Of a DNA stretch of 64,000 nucleotides, positions 39,524 to 47,431 are shown in pieces. The notes beneath the pieces were generated by a model. The model saw only the letters and a list, made by a program, of their open reading frames with translations, was not told the origin of the DNA and searched no databases. Each line of letters starts with the position of its first letter. Positions within the stretch are counted from its first letter, which is position 1. The stretch is from Thermoanaerobaculia bacterium (lineage in GTDB: Bacteria; Acidobacteriota; Thermoanaerobaculia; Gp7-AA8): contig DATMNC010000002.1 of NCBI GenBank assembly GCA_035569395.1, forward strand, positions 75,593 to 139,592. The letters are read 5' to 3'. The translations under genes were made by a program, and so were the position numbers.

Positions 39524-39859
39524 ATGAGCAAGTTCAAACTCGTCTTGTTCGCTCTGTTCATCGTGATGATGGCCAGCGCGGTGTTAGCGCAAAGCACGCC
39601 GCAGGATCCGATCACCCAGGCAACGGCCGCGAAGTCGGGAGTTCGGTGGGGCGTGATTGCCGCTGCATTCGTTCTCGGCATTGCCGCCGCCGCGGGCGCC
39701 ATCGGTCAGGGCCGCGCCATCGCCGCATCGGTCGAGGGCATCGCCCGCAACCCGGGCGCGGCAGGCGCGATCCGCCTCTCGATGATCATCGGTCTCGCTC
39801 TCATCGAGTCGCTGGTCATCTACGCGCTTCTGATCGCGTTCACCGTCTACAAGCTGTAA
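39524..39859 (+). CDS. atpE: F0F1 ATP synthase subunit c with a ~40-aa N-terminal signal-like presequence
   Basis: Mature part [55 protein letters not shown] (GxGxGxG, ARNP loop, ion-binding E); N-terminus [24 protein letters not shown]. Confidence 0.85.
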   Translation: MSKFKLVLFALFIVMMASAVLAQSTPQDPITQATAAKSGVRWGVIAAAFVLGIAAAAGAIGQGRAIAASVEGIARNPGAAGAIRLSMIIGLALIESLVIYALLIAFTVYKL

Positions 39860-39882
39860 CTCTCACGCACGGCGCGACACGG

Positions 39883-39921
39883 CGGCCCGGCGGATCAGAT
39901 CCGCCGGGCCGTTTGTGTTTT
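39883..39921 (+). terminator. Rho-independent terminator after atpE
   Basis: GGCGGCCCGGCGGATCAGATCCGCCGGGCCG hairpin followed by TTTGTGTTTT. Confidence 0.75.
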
Positions 39922-39927
39922 CGTGCG

Positions 39928-40095
39928 TCAGATACGCGGCTTCGACTTTGCCACCGACGAGATAATGCCGATGCCGAGCAACGCCAGCGTGGCGATAGCG
40001 ATCCAGAGCGTCGGCACATGCAGCATGTACGCGGCGATAGCGAGCGCGATGATGAGAATGACCCAGCCGAGTACCGAGAGATTGAACCAGTTCAC
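39928..40095 (-). CDS. Candidate 55-aa hydrophobic small membrane protein (not in the supplied ORF track because of the GTG start)
   Basis: GTG start with GGAGGT 5 nt upstream; VNWFNLSVLGWVILIIALAIAAYMLHVPTLWIAIATLALLGIGIISSVAKSKPRI; convergent with atpE. Confidence 0.35.
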   Translation of the reverse strand: MNWFNLSVLGWVILIIALAIAAYMLHVPTLWIAIATLALLGIGIISSVAKSKPRI

Positions 40096-40290
40096 GGAGT
40101 ACCTCCGTCTCGGGACTCAGCAATGGCGGTGCCTGACCTCAGTCTGAATGCTGTGCGAAATGAAGCGCTCCAACTCAGCGCGCCTCGGACGACGGCCTTG
40201 GCGGGAGGCCGGTTCGTTCGGCTGTTTCGCAAAACAGGAAGAGCCGGCGAACATCGCCGGCTCTTCGAGTCAGGTTGCGTGTGGGGTTTG

Positions 40291-41325
40291 CTACTGCGTG
40301 CTCAACATCTTGTCGATCGCTGCCAGGGCTGCTTCGGCTGGGAACCGGCTGTCGATGGCGATCGACTTCACGGACGTCCATGCTCCATTCGCGTACGTGA
40401 TGTAGCTGAGTGAGGTCTCGCTGGCATTGGCGAAGACGAGCCGGTCGGCTCGCTCGATGACGGTGATTGACCCCTTCCAGTCGGCGCTGAAGGTTGGCGG
40501 AGCGGCCAAGCTCCGCGGTTTGGGACCGCCATTTCCACCGCCGATTCCGACAGGGATATGCACGCGCGCGTCCGCGATCGGACGAAGCGTTACGGTGTGA
40601 ATCGTGTTCGACTTCGTATCGCCGAAAACCACATCCACGCCGCTCTGCATCGGCGGGCTGACGATGGCGGGATGACGCAGGAGTTCTTTGTTGAAGGTCG
40701 GATCGACCGCGTTGTAGGCCTCATCGGCGGGTGCTATGAACTCCTCGAGCGAGTGAATCTCGATCGAGGAGAGAGCGCCCTTCTCGGTTGTCAGCAGGGC
40801 ATAGTGCGCCGCTTCACTCTTCCCTGACTCTTCCCACCACACTGCATGAAGCAGGAGCGCCGGAACATCGGCAAAGGTGCCATCGGTCTGAAGCTGGGAA
40901 ACGCGGCGGGTGATGCCGAGGCGAAGATTACTGCGGCGGCGGTACGGATCGTTGTCGATGGAAACCGCCGGCTCCCACTTGCCGCCATGGAACGACGTGA
41001 GCAGAAGCTCGGTTGAGTATCCGTCATCCGTGTGGATCCAGAGAACGAAAAGCGTACTGGAGTCGGAGTCATAGGCCAGGGCACCGCCGAAATGGAAGCC
41101 CGAGGTCATCGAGTCAGGTACGTAGAGATGACTCACATCCTTGCCGTTCTGGATGGTGAGCGCGAGCGTCTGCATGGCAACCATCGAACTGTCGGCCGGC
41201 GGGGTCTGGGCTTCGACGGTGTAGACGGTTCCATCCGGCGTCACGACCACATCGCGGTCGGCTGCCTGACCGAAGGCGGCTGCGGCGGTGAGTACAAAGG
41301 CGAACGAGACCAGAAGACGTTTCAT
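40291..41325 (-). CDS. Secreted hypothetical protein
   Basis: Signal peptide MKRLLVSFAFVLTAAAAFGQA; 344 aa; last gene of the XRE-TPR operon. Confidence 0.55.
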   Translation of the reverse strand: MKRLLVSFAFVLTAAAAFGQAADRDVVVTPDGTVYTVEAQTPPADSSMVAMQTLALTIQNGKDVSHLYVPDSMTSGFHFGGALAYDSDSSTLFVLWIHTDDGYSTELLLTSFHGGKWEPAVSIDNDPYRRRSNLRLGITRRVSQLQTDGTFADVPALLLHAVWWEESGKSEAAHYALLTTEKGALSSIEIHSLEEFIAPADEAYNAVDPTFNKELLRHPAIVSPPMQSGVDVVFGDTKSNTIHTVTLRPIADARVHIPVGIGGGNGGPKPRSLAAPPTFSADWKGSITVIERADRLVFANASETSLSYITYANGAWTSVKSIAIDSRFPAEAALAAIDKMLSTQ

Positions 41326-42203
41326 AGTTTCAGGTTGATCATCGACCGAAGATCGATCGCAAACAGAAGACTCTTCAGATGGCGGAACTGCGGGTAGAAG
41401 CGTGCCAGCTCTTCAAAGTGTTGCTCAGCGGCCTCGACGTCGCCAAGCTTGTACGCGGCTTCACCGAGGAGATAGTGCGCATTTCTCACTTGCCGCGAAT
41501 CGGCGGCGCACTCGAGGCTCTTCTCGCCGTATTGGCGCGCCCGCTCGTAATCTTCCAGATCGAGATAGCCGTAGCAGAGATCGATGTAGGAATCCGAGAG
41601 CGAACTTGGCACCTGAATCTGATCGAGGATCTTTTCGATCATCCGAATGCCTTTTACCGTCTCGCCGACGTGAAGAAGAGACTCACCGAGGTTCTGGTAA
41701 ATCGCGACGCGCGAGAAATCCTGCTGCGACGCGTCGTCAAGGGTGGCGATGGACTCCAGCGCCGCCTCGTAGGACTCGATTGCCTTCGGGAACTGCGAAT
41801 CCATCGCGTAGACGATTCCGAGCTCGTTGAGTGCGGCCAGCTTCCAGAACGTTTGCTCGGCCTGCGTCGCCGCTTCCAGCGCGATCTGACCGTAGAAGAT
41901 CGCACGCTTCGTTTCGCTGGTCAGGCGATGCGTGTACATCAGCGCGTACGACGAGAGGAACGTGTGATGGGGGTTGCGGCGCCGCATCAGGATCATCGGA
42001 AGCGCCTTCACTTCCGGGCCTGTGCGCTCGGCCGCGATCAGGGCATGCCCCTTGTTGATCGTGATCAGCTCCCGGACTTCTTCGTCCGTGGCCAGCGTCA
42101 GCGCCTCGTCGTACACGGCGAGCGCATCATCGAATTCTTCTGCACGGACCTTCGCCAGAGCATTCTGGCGCAGCTCCTCGATGCGGCTGTTCAGCTCAGA
42201 CAT
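41322..42203 (-). CDS. Tetratricopeptide-repeat protein
   Basis: Repeated A..Y...L and YLLGEAAYKLGDVEAAEQHFEELARFYP TPR-like helices; ATG overlaps the XRE stop (ATGTCTGA). Confidence 0.65.
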   Translation of the reverse strand: MSELNSRIEELRQNALAKVRAEEFDDALAVYDEALTLATDEEVRELITINKGHALIAAERTGPEVKALPMILMRRRNPHHTFLSSYALMYTHRLTSETKRAIFYGQIALEAATQAEQTFWKLAALNELGIVYAMDSQFPKAIESYEAALESIATLDDASQQDFSRVAIYQNLGESLLHVGETVKGIRMIEKILDQIQVPSSLSDSYIDLCYGYLDLEDYERARQYGEKSLECAADSRQVRNAHYLLGEAAYKLGDVEAAEQHFEELARFYPQFRHLKSLLFAIDLRSMINLKL

Positions 42204-42561
42204 CGTCACCCTCGCTCTCCCCACTGTCTGAATCCCACGAGCCATCCTCTTCCTGGGCGCGCTTGAATTCGATGAAACTTTCCACTTCCTTCTGCGCTGT
42301 CGGGCTGAGGCTGCGGTACTTCTGCACCACCGTCTCGGTACGGTTCCCTTCGTCGAAGAAGTCGCCGATGCTCATGTCGAACGTCCCCAGGATTTTCAGC
42401 AGTGTGTCGAGACCGACTTTGTACTCACCCTGTTCCATCCGGGAGAGGTCGGACTGATGCACGCCGATACGATCGGCGAGCTCCACCTGGGTCAGCTTGC
42501 GCTGCCGGCGAAGCTGGCGGATCTTTCGTCCGACGAGCTCGAGCTGTGCTGGCTTATTCAT
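42196..42561 (-). CDS. XRE-family helix-turn-helix transcriptional regulator
   Basis: GRKIRQLRRQRKLTQVELADRIGVHQSDLSRMEQGEYKVGLDTLLKIL; acidic C-terminal tail. Confidence 0.8.
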   Translation of the reverse strand: MNKPAQLELVGRKIRQLRRQRKLTQVELADRIGVHQSDLSRMEQGEYKVGLDTLLKILGTFDMSIGDFFDEGNRTETVVQKYRSLSPTAQKEVESFIEFKRAQEEDGSWDSDSGESEGDDV

Positions 42562-42619
42562 GAGGGGTTTCGTTGACTTTTATGCTGCGGGAACCATAAA
42601 CTCAGGCCAATCTACGGTC

Positions 42620-43411
42620 TTGCAGCGTCGCTGTCAAGTCCAGAGGGTCCCGAAAACGTACAAAAATGTCCACCTCCTCCGGGAACTCGTCAAAAGAGAC
42701 TTCCACGCGCGCTTCACCGGCTCCGCCCTTGGCGTTTTCTGGGCGGTGCTGCAGCCGCTGAGTCTCGTCATCCTCTATTGGTTTGTCTTCACGTACATGT
42801 TCACCCGCGGTCCGGCGGTGGAGGGCAAGAGCTATATCGACTTTCTGATCGCCGGCCTGCTGCCGTGGCTCGGGTTGAACGAGGGGATCATCCGGTCGAC
42901 GACGAGCATCGTCGACAACGCGCCGATGGTCCGCCGCCTGGCGTTCCGCAGCGAATTGCTTGTTCTCGTCCCGCATGCGTCGGCGCTGATCTTCGAATCG
43001 ATCGCCCTCGGTCTTTTCGGCGGCTTCCTTCTGATCCGCGGTCTGTCGCTTCGCAGCCTGTGGTTGCTTCCCCTCGCGCTCGCGCTGCAGTTCGCGATGC
43101 AGGTGGGACTGGGCTGGTTTCTTGCCGCGAGCTACGTTTTCTTCCGCGACCTGATGCCGATTCTCGGATTCGTGCTCTCGGTCCTTTTCTATCTCAGCCC
43201 GATTCTCTATCCCGTCGCCGGCCGCTTCGAGCGGTTCTTCGCGTGGAATCCGATGACACCCCTCGTCGGTTTGTTCCGGAGCGCCATGCTGTCCGCGGCG
43301 TTACCTGCGGCCGGTTCGATCGTATTCCTTCTGATCGTCGCCGCGGGGCTCTTCACCGGTGGTTTGCTTTTCTTTCGCCGGGCGCAAGCGACGCTGGCTG
43401 ATCTCATTTGA
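42620..43411 (+). CDS. wzm: ABC-2 type polysaccharide export permease (Wzm-like)
   Basis: LLRELVKRDFHARFTGSALGVFWAVLQP and 6 TM helices; start uncertain (in-frame TTG ~42620; the six-frame ORF begins at 42497 inside the divergent XRE gene). Confidence 0.7.
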   Translation: MQRRCQVQRVPKTYKNVHLLRELVKRDFHARFTGSALGVFWAVLQPLSLVILYWFVFTYMFTRGPAVEGKSYIDFLIAGLLPWLGLNEGIIRSTTSIVDNAPMVRRLAFRSELLVLVPHASALIFESIALGLFGGFLLIRGLSLRSLWLLPLALALQFAMQVGLGWFLAASYVFFRDLMPILGFVLSVLFYLSPILYPVAGRFERFFAWNPMTPLVGLFRSAMLSAALPAAGSIVFLLIVAAGLFTGGLLFFRRAQATLADLI

Positions 43412-43443
43412 CGTTATCCGACAATCCGAAGCAGGAGAGATGA

Positions 43444-45222
43444 ATGTTCGACAGGAAGTTGATTCTCGCAATGTGTGTGGCCGTCGTCGCGCTGATGCCG
43501 TGTGCATTCGCCCAGGTTTCTTCTCCATCGGCCGCGGGCCAGCCGCAACCGGCAACCGCCACCGCCGGTACTGACCAGATTCCCGAGGGCGGCGTTCCGA
43601 CCTGGATCCATCCCGAGACGCCGCAACACAGGCGAGACCGGCTGGCCGGTGAAGATCCCGGTCCGAATCCCGATCTGAACAAACACTTCTGGCGGTTCGG
43701 GAAGTCGTACCACATTGAACGCTACGAGCGCCGGCTCGCTGCCTACGATCGCGAAGAGGGAACGGTTCGTCCGCTGGCGATGGTGAACTTCGCGTTCGAG
43801 ATCTACCAGCAGAACGAAAAGTACGTATGGGTCTGGATTGCCGATCCTGAGGAGCCGGCGCAGGCAGGGACAACGGGAACCAGCTCCACGCCGGTGGCGA
43901 AGAGCCGATACAACGATCTGGAGGTCAAGTTCTTCGAGAAGAGCAGGCCGCAGTTCAGCGCTCTCGAACCGCCGATGAGTGACAAGACGATCCTTTTCGA
44001 GGAGGCCTCAGACGGCCTGCCGAAGCAGGGATCGTGGCGAAACTCGCTGGCCGTAGGCGATATGAACGAAGACGGCTGTCCCGATCTCATCGCGCCGCCG
44101 CAGCGTGGTACCGCGAACTACCCGGCCATCTTCCTCGGCGACTGCAAGGGTCACTGGAAGATCTGGGACAAGACGAACTTTCCTCATGCATTCGACTACG
44201 GCAGCGCCGTCGTCGCCGACTTCAACAAAGACGGTCATCTCGACGTCGCCTTCGCCGTTCACCTCACCGGCGTGTTCGTTTACCTCGGCGACGGCAAGGG
44301 CAATTTCCGTGAATCGAGCGAAGGCCTCCCGAAGGACTTCGGCACGCGCCGCATCGCCGTCACGGATGCAAACAACGATGGCTACCCGGACATCGTCGCC
44401 ATCTCCGAAGGCCCGAGCGTGCAGGGGATGGAGAATCCGCGGTACGGCAAGGTGCGTCTTTACCTGAACAAAAAGAAGGGGACCGAGTGGCAGGGCATCG
44501 ACGTCGTCCAGCCCGGCGTAAAGACCGGCGCCGACTGGATCTCCGTCGGGAACTTCAACGGCGACCCCTATCCGGACTTCGTCTTCGGCAGCATCTTCCA
44601 GGGAAGCTGGGACATCGTCTACCTCAGCAAAGGACCGAACGAGTGGAAGGTGGTAGAAAACGATGGTGACCTGATCCCGTCGCTCGCCTACTACTTCGCC
44701 AGCACGACCGGCAAGTTCTCATCAAAAACTCACGACGATGCGATTCTGTCGTACGTGCGTTACTGGCCGACCGATCTCGAAGCGGCCGTCGTGCCGAAAC
44801 CGTCGATCATGGAACTGACAGGCGTTGATCGTCTCTCCTTCACCAAGGATGGTGTGAAGCGGACGCCGATCGCGCACTGGAGCGGTCACGAGGGCGTCGC
44901 CGGCCTGGCGTCGGGTGATTTCGACGGAGACGGCAATCTCGATATCATCTACACGCGGTACAACCCGCGAGAAGCCGTGATCGAGCTCGGAGACGGTAAG
45001 GGTGGCTTCACCCGTGCGAAGACCGAGGGGCTGACGATCGCCCCGAACCGGAACTACGACCTCACGGTCGCGGACGTCAACGGCGACGGAAGACCGGACG
45101 TAATCGTGATGTACGAGACGTCGGGCACGTCGTCGCTGAGTGTCAACGACGGTTCGATTCACGTCTTTCTGAACCGGGGACCAATCCCGAAGACGAAGGC
45201 CTCGTCCCCTGAAAAGAAGTAA
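43444..45222 (+). CDS. Secreted FG-GAP-repeat (integrin-alpha-like beta-propeller) protein
   Basis: Signal peptide; six repeats (VGDMNEDGCPDLIAP, VADFNKDGHLDVAFA, VTDANNDGYPDIVAI, VGNFNGDPYPDFVFG, SGDFDGDGNLDIIYT, VADVNGDGRPDVIVM). Confidence 0.75.
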   Translation: MFDRKLILAMCVAVVALMPCAFAQVSSPSAAGQPQPATATAGTDQIPEGGVPTWIHPETPQHRRDRLAGEDPGPNPDLNKHFWRFGKSYHIERYERRLAAYDREEGTVRPLAMVNFAFEIYQQNEKYVWVWIADPEEPAQAGTTGTSSTPVAKSRYNDLEVKFFEKSRPQFSALEPPMSDKTILFEEASDGLPKQGSWRNSLAVGDMNEDGCPDLIAPPQRGTANYPAIFLGDCKGHWKIWDKTNFPHAFDYGSAVVADFNKDGHLDVAFAVHLTGVFVYLGDGKGNFRESSEGLPKDFGTRRIAVTDANNDGYPDIVAISEGPSVQGMENPRYGKVRLYLNKKKGTEWQGIDVVQPGVKTGADWISVGNFNGDPYPDFVFGSIFQGSWDIVYLSKGPNEWKVVENDGDLIPSLAYYFASTTGKFSSKTHDDAILSYVRYWPTDLEAAVVPKPSIMELTGVDRLSFTKDGVKRTPIAHWSGHEGVAGLASGDFDGDGNLDIIYTRYNPREAVIELGDGKGGFTRAKTEGLTIAPNRNYDLTVADVNGDGRPDVIVMYETSGTSSLSVNDGSIHVFLNRGPIPKTKASSPEKK

Positions 45223-45608
45223 GGTTCGATTCACGGCCGGACGGGCGGACCGTCCGCCCGGCCGTGCCCGCGAATCCTTCTCGGCGTTTCGTTGGGGCAT
45301 CATTCGCGCATCGCGGCCCCCGCGAGCGGGAAGCCCCGCCCGAGGGGCCGCCAGACAGGATTGGTGCTTGTGCCGAAGTGCTGTTTCGGTATAATCCACG
45401 CGATCTTGTCCCATCAACCTATGTCGTAACCACATAAAAATGCGCTCAAGGCATTGACTTCTGAGTTCAGAGGCAATACTGTTACTCAAAACTGGAATAG
45501 GTAGACAAGTTTTCAAATTCGGCGCGGGAGGTGATCGTATCGTCGAGAGAGGGTGACCACAATCCGAACAATCAGATTCAAACAATCATCGATGTGTAGG
45601 AGAACAGC

Positions 45609-47249
45609 ATGAAAAAATTAATGGTTCTGGCCATGATGGCCACCCTCCTGATGGCGGGCTCCGCCTTCGCGATCCAGCGTACGAGCAGCAATCATCTGAC
45701 GCCGGTCCCGAACGCGACCTTCGCATTTGGAGCGCCCGGTATCGCCGCCGGCCCGACGACGACGAACAACGACGACTCGTGCGATATCGGTACCGCACCT
45801 GCCGCGACGTTGCTTCTGCCGTACTTCGAGGTCGACCCGAATCCGACGGTTCAGGGTCAGACGACTCTGTTCACGATCACGAACGTCAGCCGCGCGCCGC
45901 AGATCGCCCACGTGACGATCTGGACCGACTGGTCGTTCCCGGTCCTCGACTTCAACATCTTCCTGACCGGCTATGACGTTCAGCCGATCAACCTCTATGA
46001 CGTCATCGTTCGTGGCGTGGTTGCTCCTCCGAGCGGCACGACCCCGGCGACGACTCCTGGAGCTCTGTCGCTGTCGAACACCACCGGCAACAACAACCTT
46101 CTGGTTGCCAACGCTCCCTGCACGAACCTGCCGGGCGCACTGCCGGGCACCCTCGTCACGGCGGTTAGAACTGCTCTGACCACGGGCGTCTTCAACCCGG
46201 GCAGCGGTTTCCCGTCATGCTCCACCGCGGGTGGTGTGCATGCGAACGCCATCGGTTATGTGACCGTTGACGTCGCGGCCGACTGCTCCACCAAGTTCCC
46301 CAGCGACCCGACCTACTACAACGTGGGTACTGGTGAAATCCTGTTTGACAACGTCCTCATCGGCGACTACGAGCAGCTCGGACCGGCCGCGGCCGGCACT
46401 GGCGCTGCGTCCAGCTTCGACGGTGGTGGCAACCCGATGGTTCACATCCGCGCCGTACCCGAGGGTGGTGGCGCAGGTATCGGCGGCGGAGTACAGCCGG
46501 GAACGAACCTGCCTTACACCTTCTATGATCGTTACACCCCGGCTGCCAACCGCACGATCGATCGTCGCCAGCCGCTGCCGTCGACGTTTGCTGCCCGTTA
46601 CATCCAGGGTGGCACCGGCGCGTTTGCGACGAACTACAAGATCTGGCGTGAAGGTGTCACCGGCGCCGGCGCATCCTGCGCGTCGTACATCAACAACAGC
46701 GCGATCAACATCGCGGAAATCATCCGCTTCGACGAGCACGAGACCCCGTTCAGCCTCGGCACGGGTCCGGTCTGCTCGCCTTGCGGCACGACCCTCCCGA
46801 CGCTGCCCGAGACGTCTGCGACGAACACCGCGAATACGACTCAGTATCCGGCCCTCGGCGGCAGCGACGTTGGCGGTTGGATGTATCTCAACCTCAACAA
46901 CGGCGGCGCTCCTGTGTACTCCGTCACGGGTCATCCGAGCGGAACGATCACCTCGGCTCCGACCGTCTTTGGCACGCCACGCGCGAGCCAGAACTGGGTC
47001 ATCATCGAGATGTTCGGTAACGTTGGCGCCAACCGTCTGACGGTCGACTTCGACGCCGCATGGCTTGGCAACGGCTGCTCGGCTGCTGCTGCCCTGAATG
47101 GCGGCGTGGCTTCCGGCCCGGCGATCGGACCTGCTGGCGGCATCTTTGTCTGCCCGCCGGGACCGGCTGGTGTTCCTGCTCAGGTCCCGATGACCAACGG
47201 CACGACCACTCAGTGCACCGGCACCAACACGACCCCGAACGTTCCGTAA
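45609..47249 (+). CDS. Secreted hypothetical Gly/Thr-rich protein
   Basis: Signal peptide MKKLMVLAMMATLLMAGSAFA; 546 aa; preceded by a 386-bp AT-richer leader. Confidence 0.55.
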   Translation: MKKLMVLAMMATLLMAGSAFAIQRTSSNHLTPVPNATFAFGAPGIAAGPTTTNNDDSCDIGTAPAATLLLPYFEVDPNPTVQGQTTLFTITNVSRAPQIAHVTIWTDWSFPVLDFNIFLTGYDVQPINLYDVIVRGVVAPPSGTTPATTPGALSLSNTTGNNNLLVANAPCTNLPGALPGTLVTAVRTALTTGVFNPGSGFPSCSTAGGVHANAIGYVTVDVAADCSTKFPSDPTYYNVGTGEILFDNVLIGDYEQLGPAAAGTGAASSFDGGGNPMVHIRAVPEGGGAGIGGGVQPGTNLPYTFYDRYTPAANRTIDRRQPLPSTFAARYIQGGTGAFATNYKIWREGVTGAGASCASYINNSAINIAEIIRFDEHETPFSLGTGPVCSPCGTTLPTLPETSATNTANTTQYPALGGSDVGGWMYLNLNNGGAPVYSVTGHPSGTITSAPTVFGTPRASQNWVIIEMFGNVGANRLTVDFDAAWLGNGCSAAAALNGGVASGPAIGPAGGIFVCPPGPAGVPAQVPMTNGTTTQCTGTNTTPNVP

Positions 47250-47277
47250 CTCATACCCCAATTGCAGTTGCCGTAGA

Positions 47278-47311
47278 GGCGGGCCGGTTATCCGGCCCGC
47301 CTTTTTCTTTT
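47278..47311 (+). terminator. Rho-independent terminator
   Basis: GGCGGGCCGG-ttat-CCGGCCCGCC followed by TTTTTCTTTT. Confidence 0.75.
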
Positions 47312-47431
47312 GCCCAACATTTGGACGTAGACAGATCGTGGCTGTTTGAGTAAAATAACAATCCCGCGTATGGTGGTTCTCTGCCCGCGCGGTTGCCGAT
47401 CGTCCCGTTTCATCGCCACGGAGGAGAGAAA

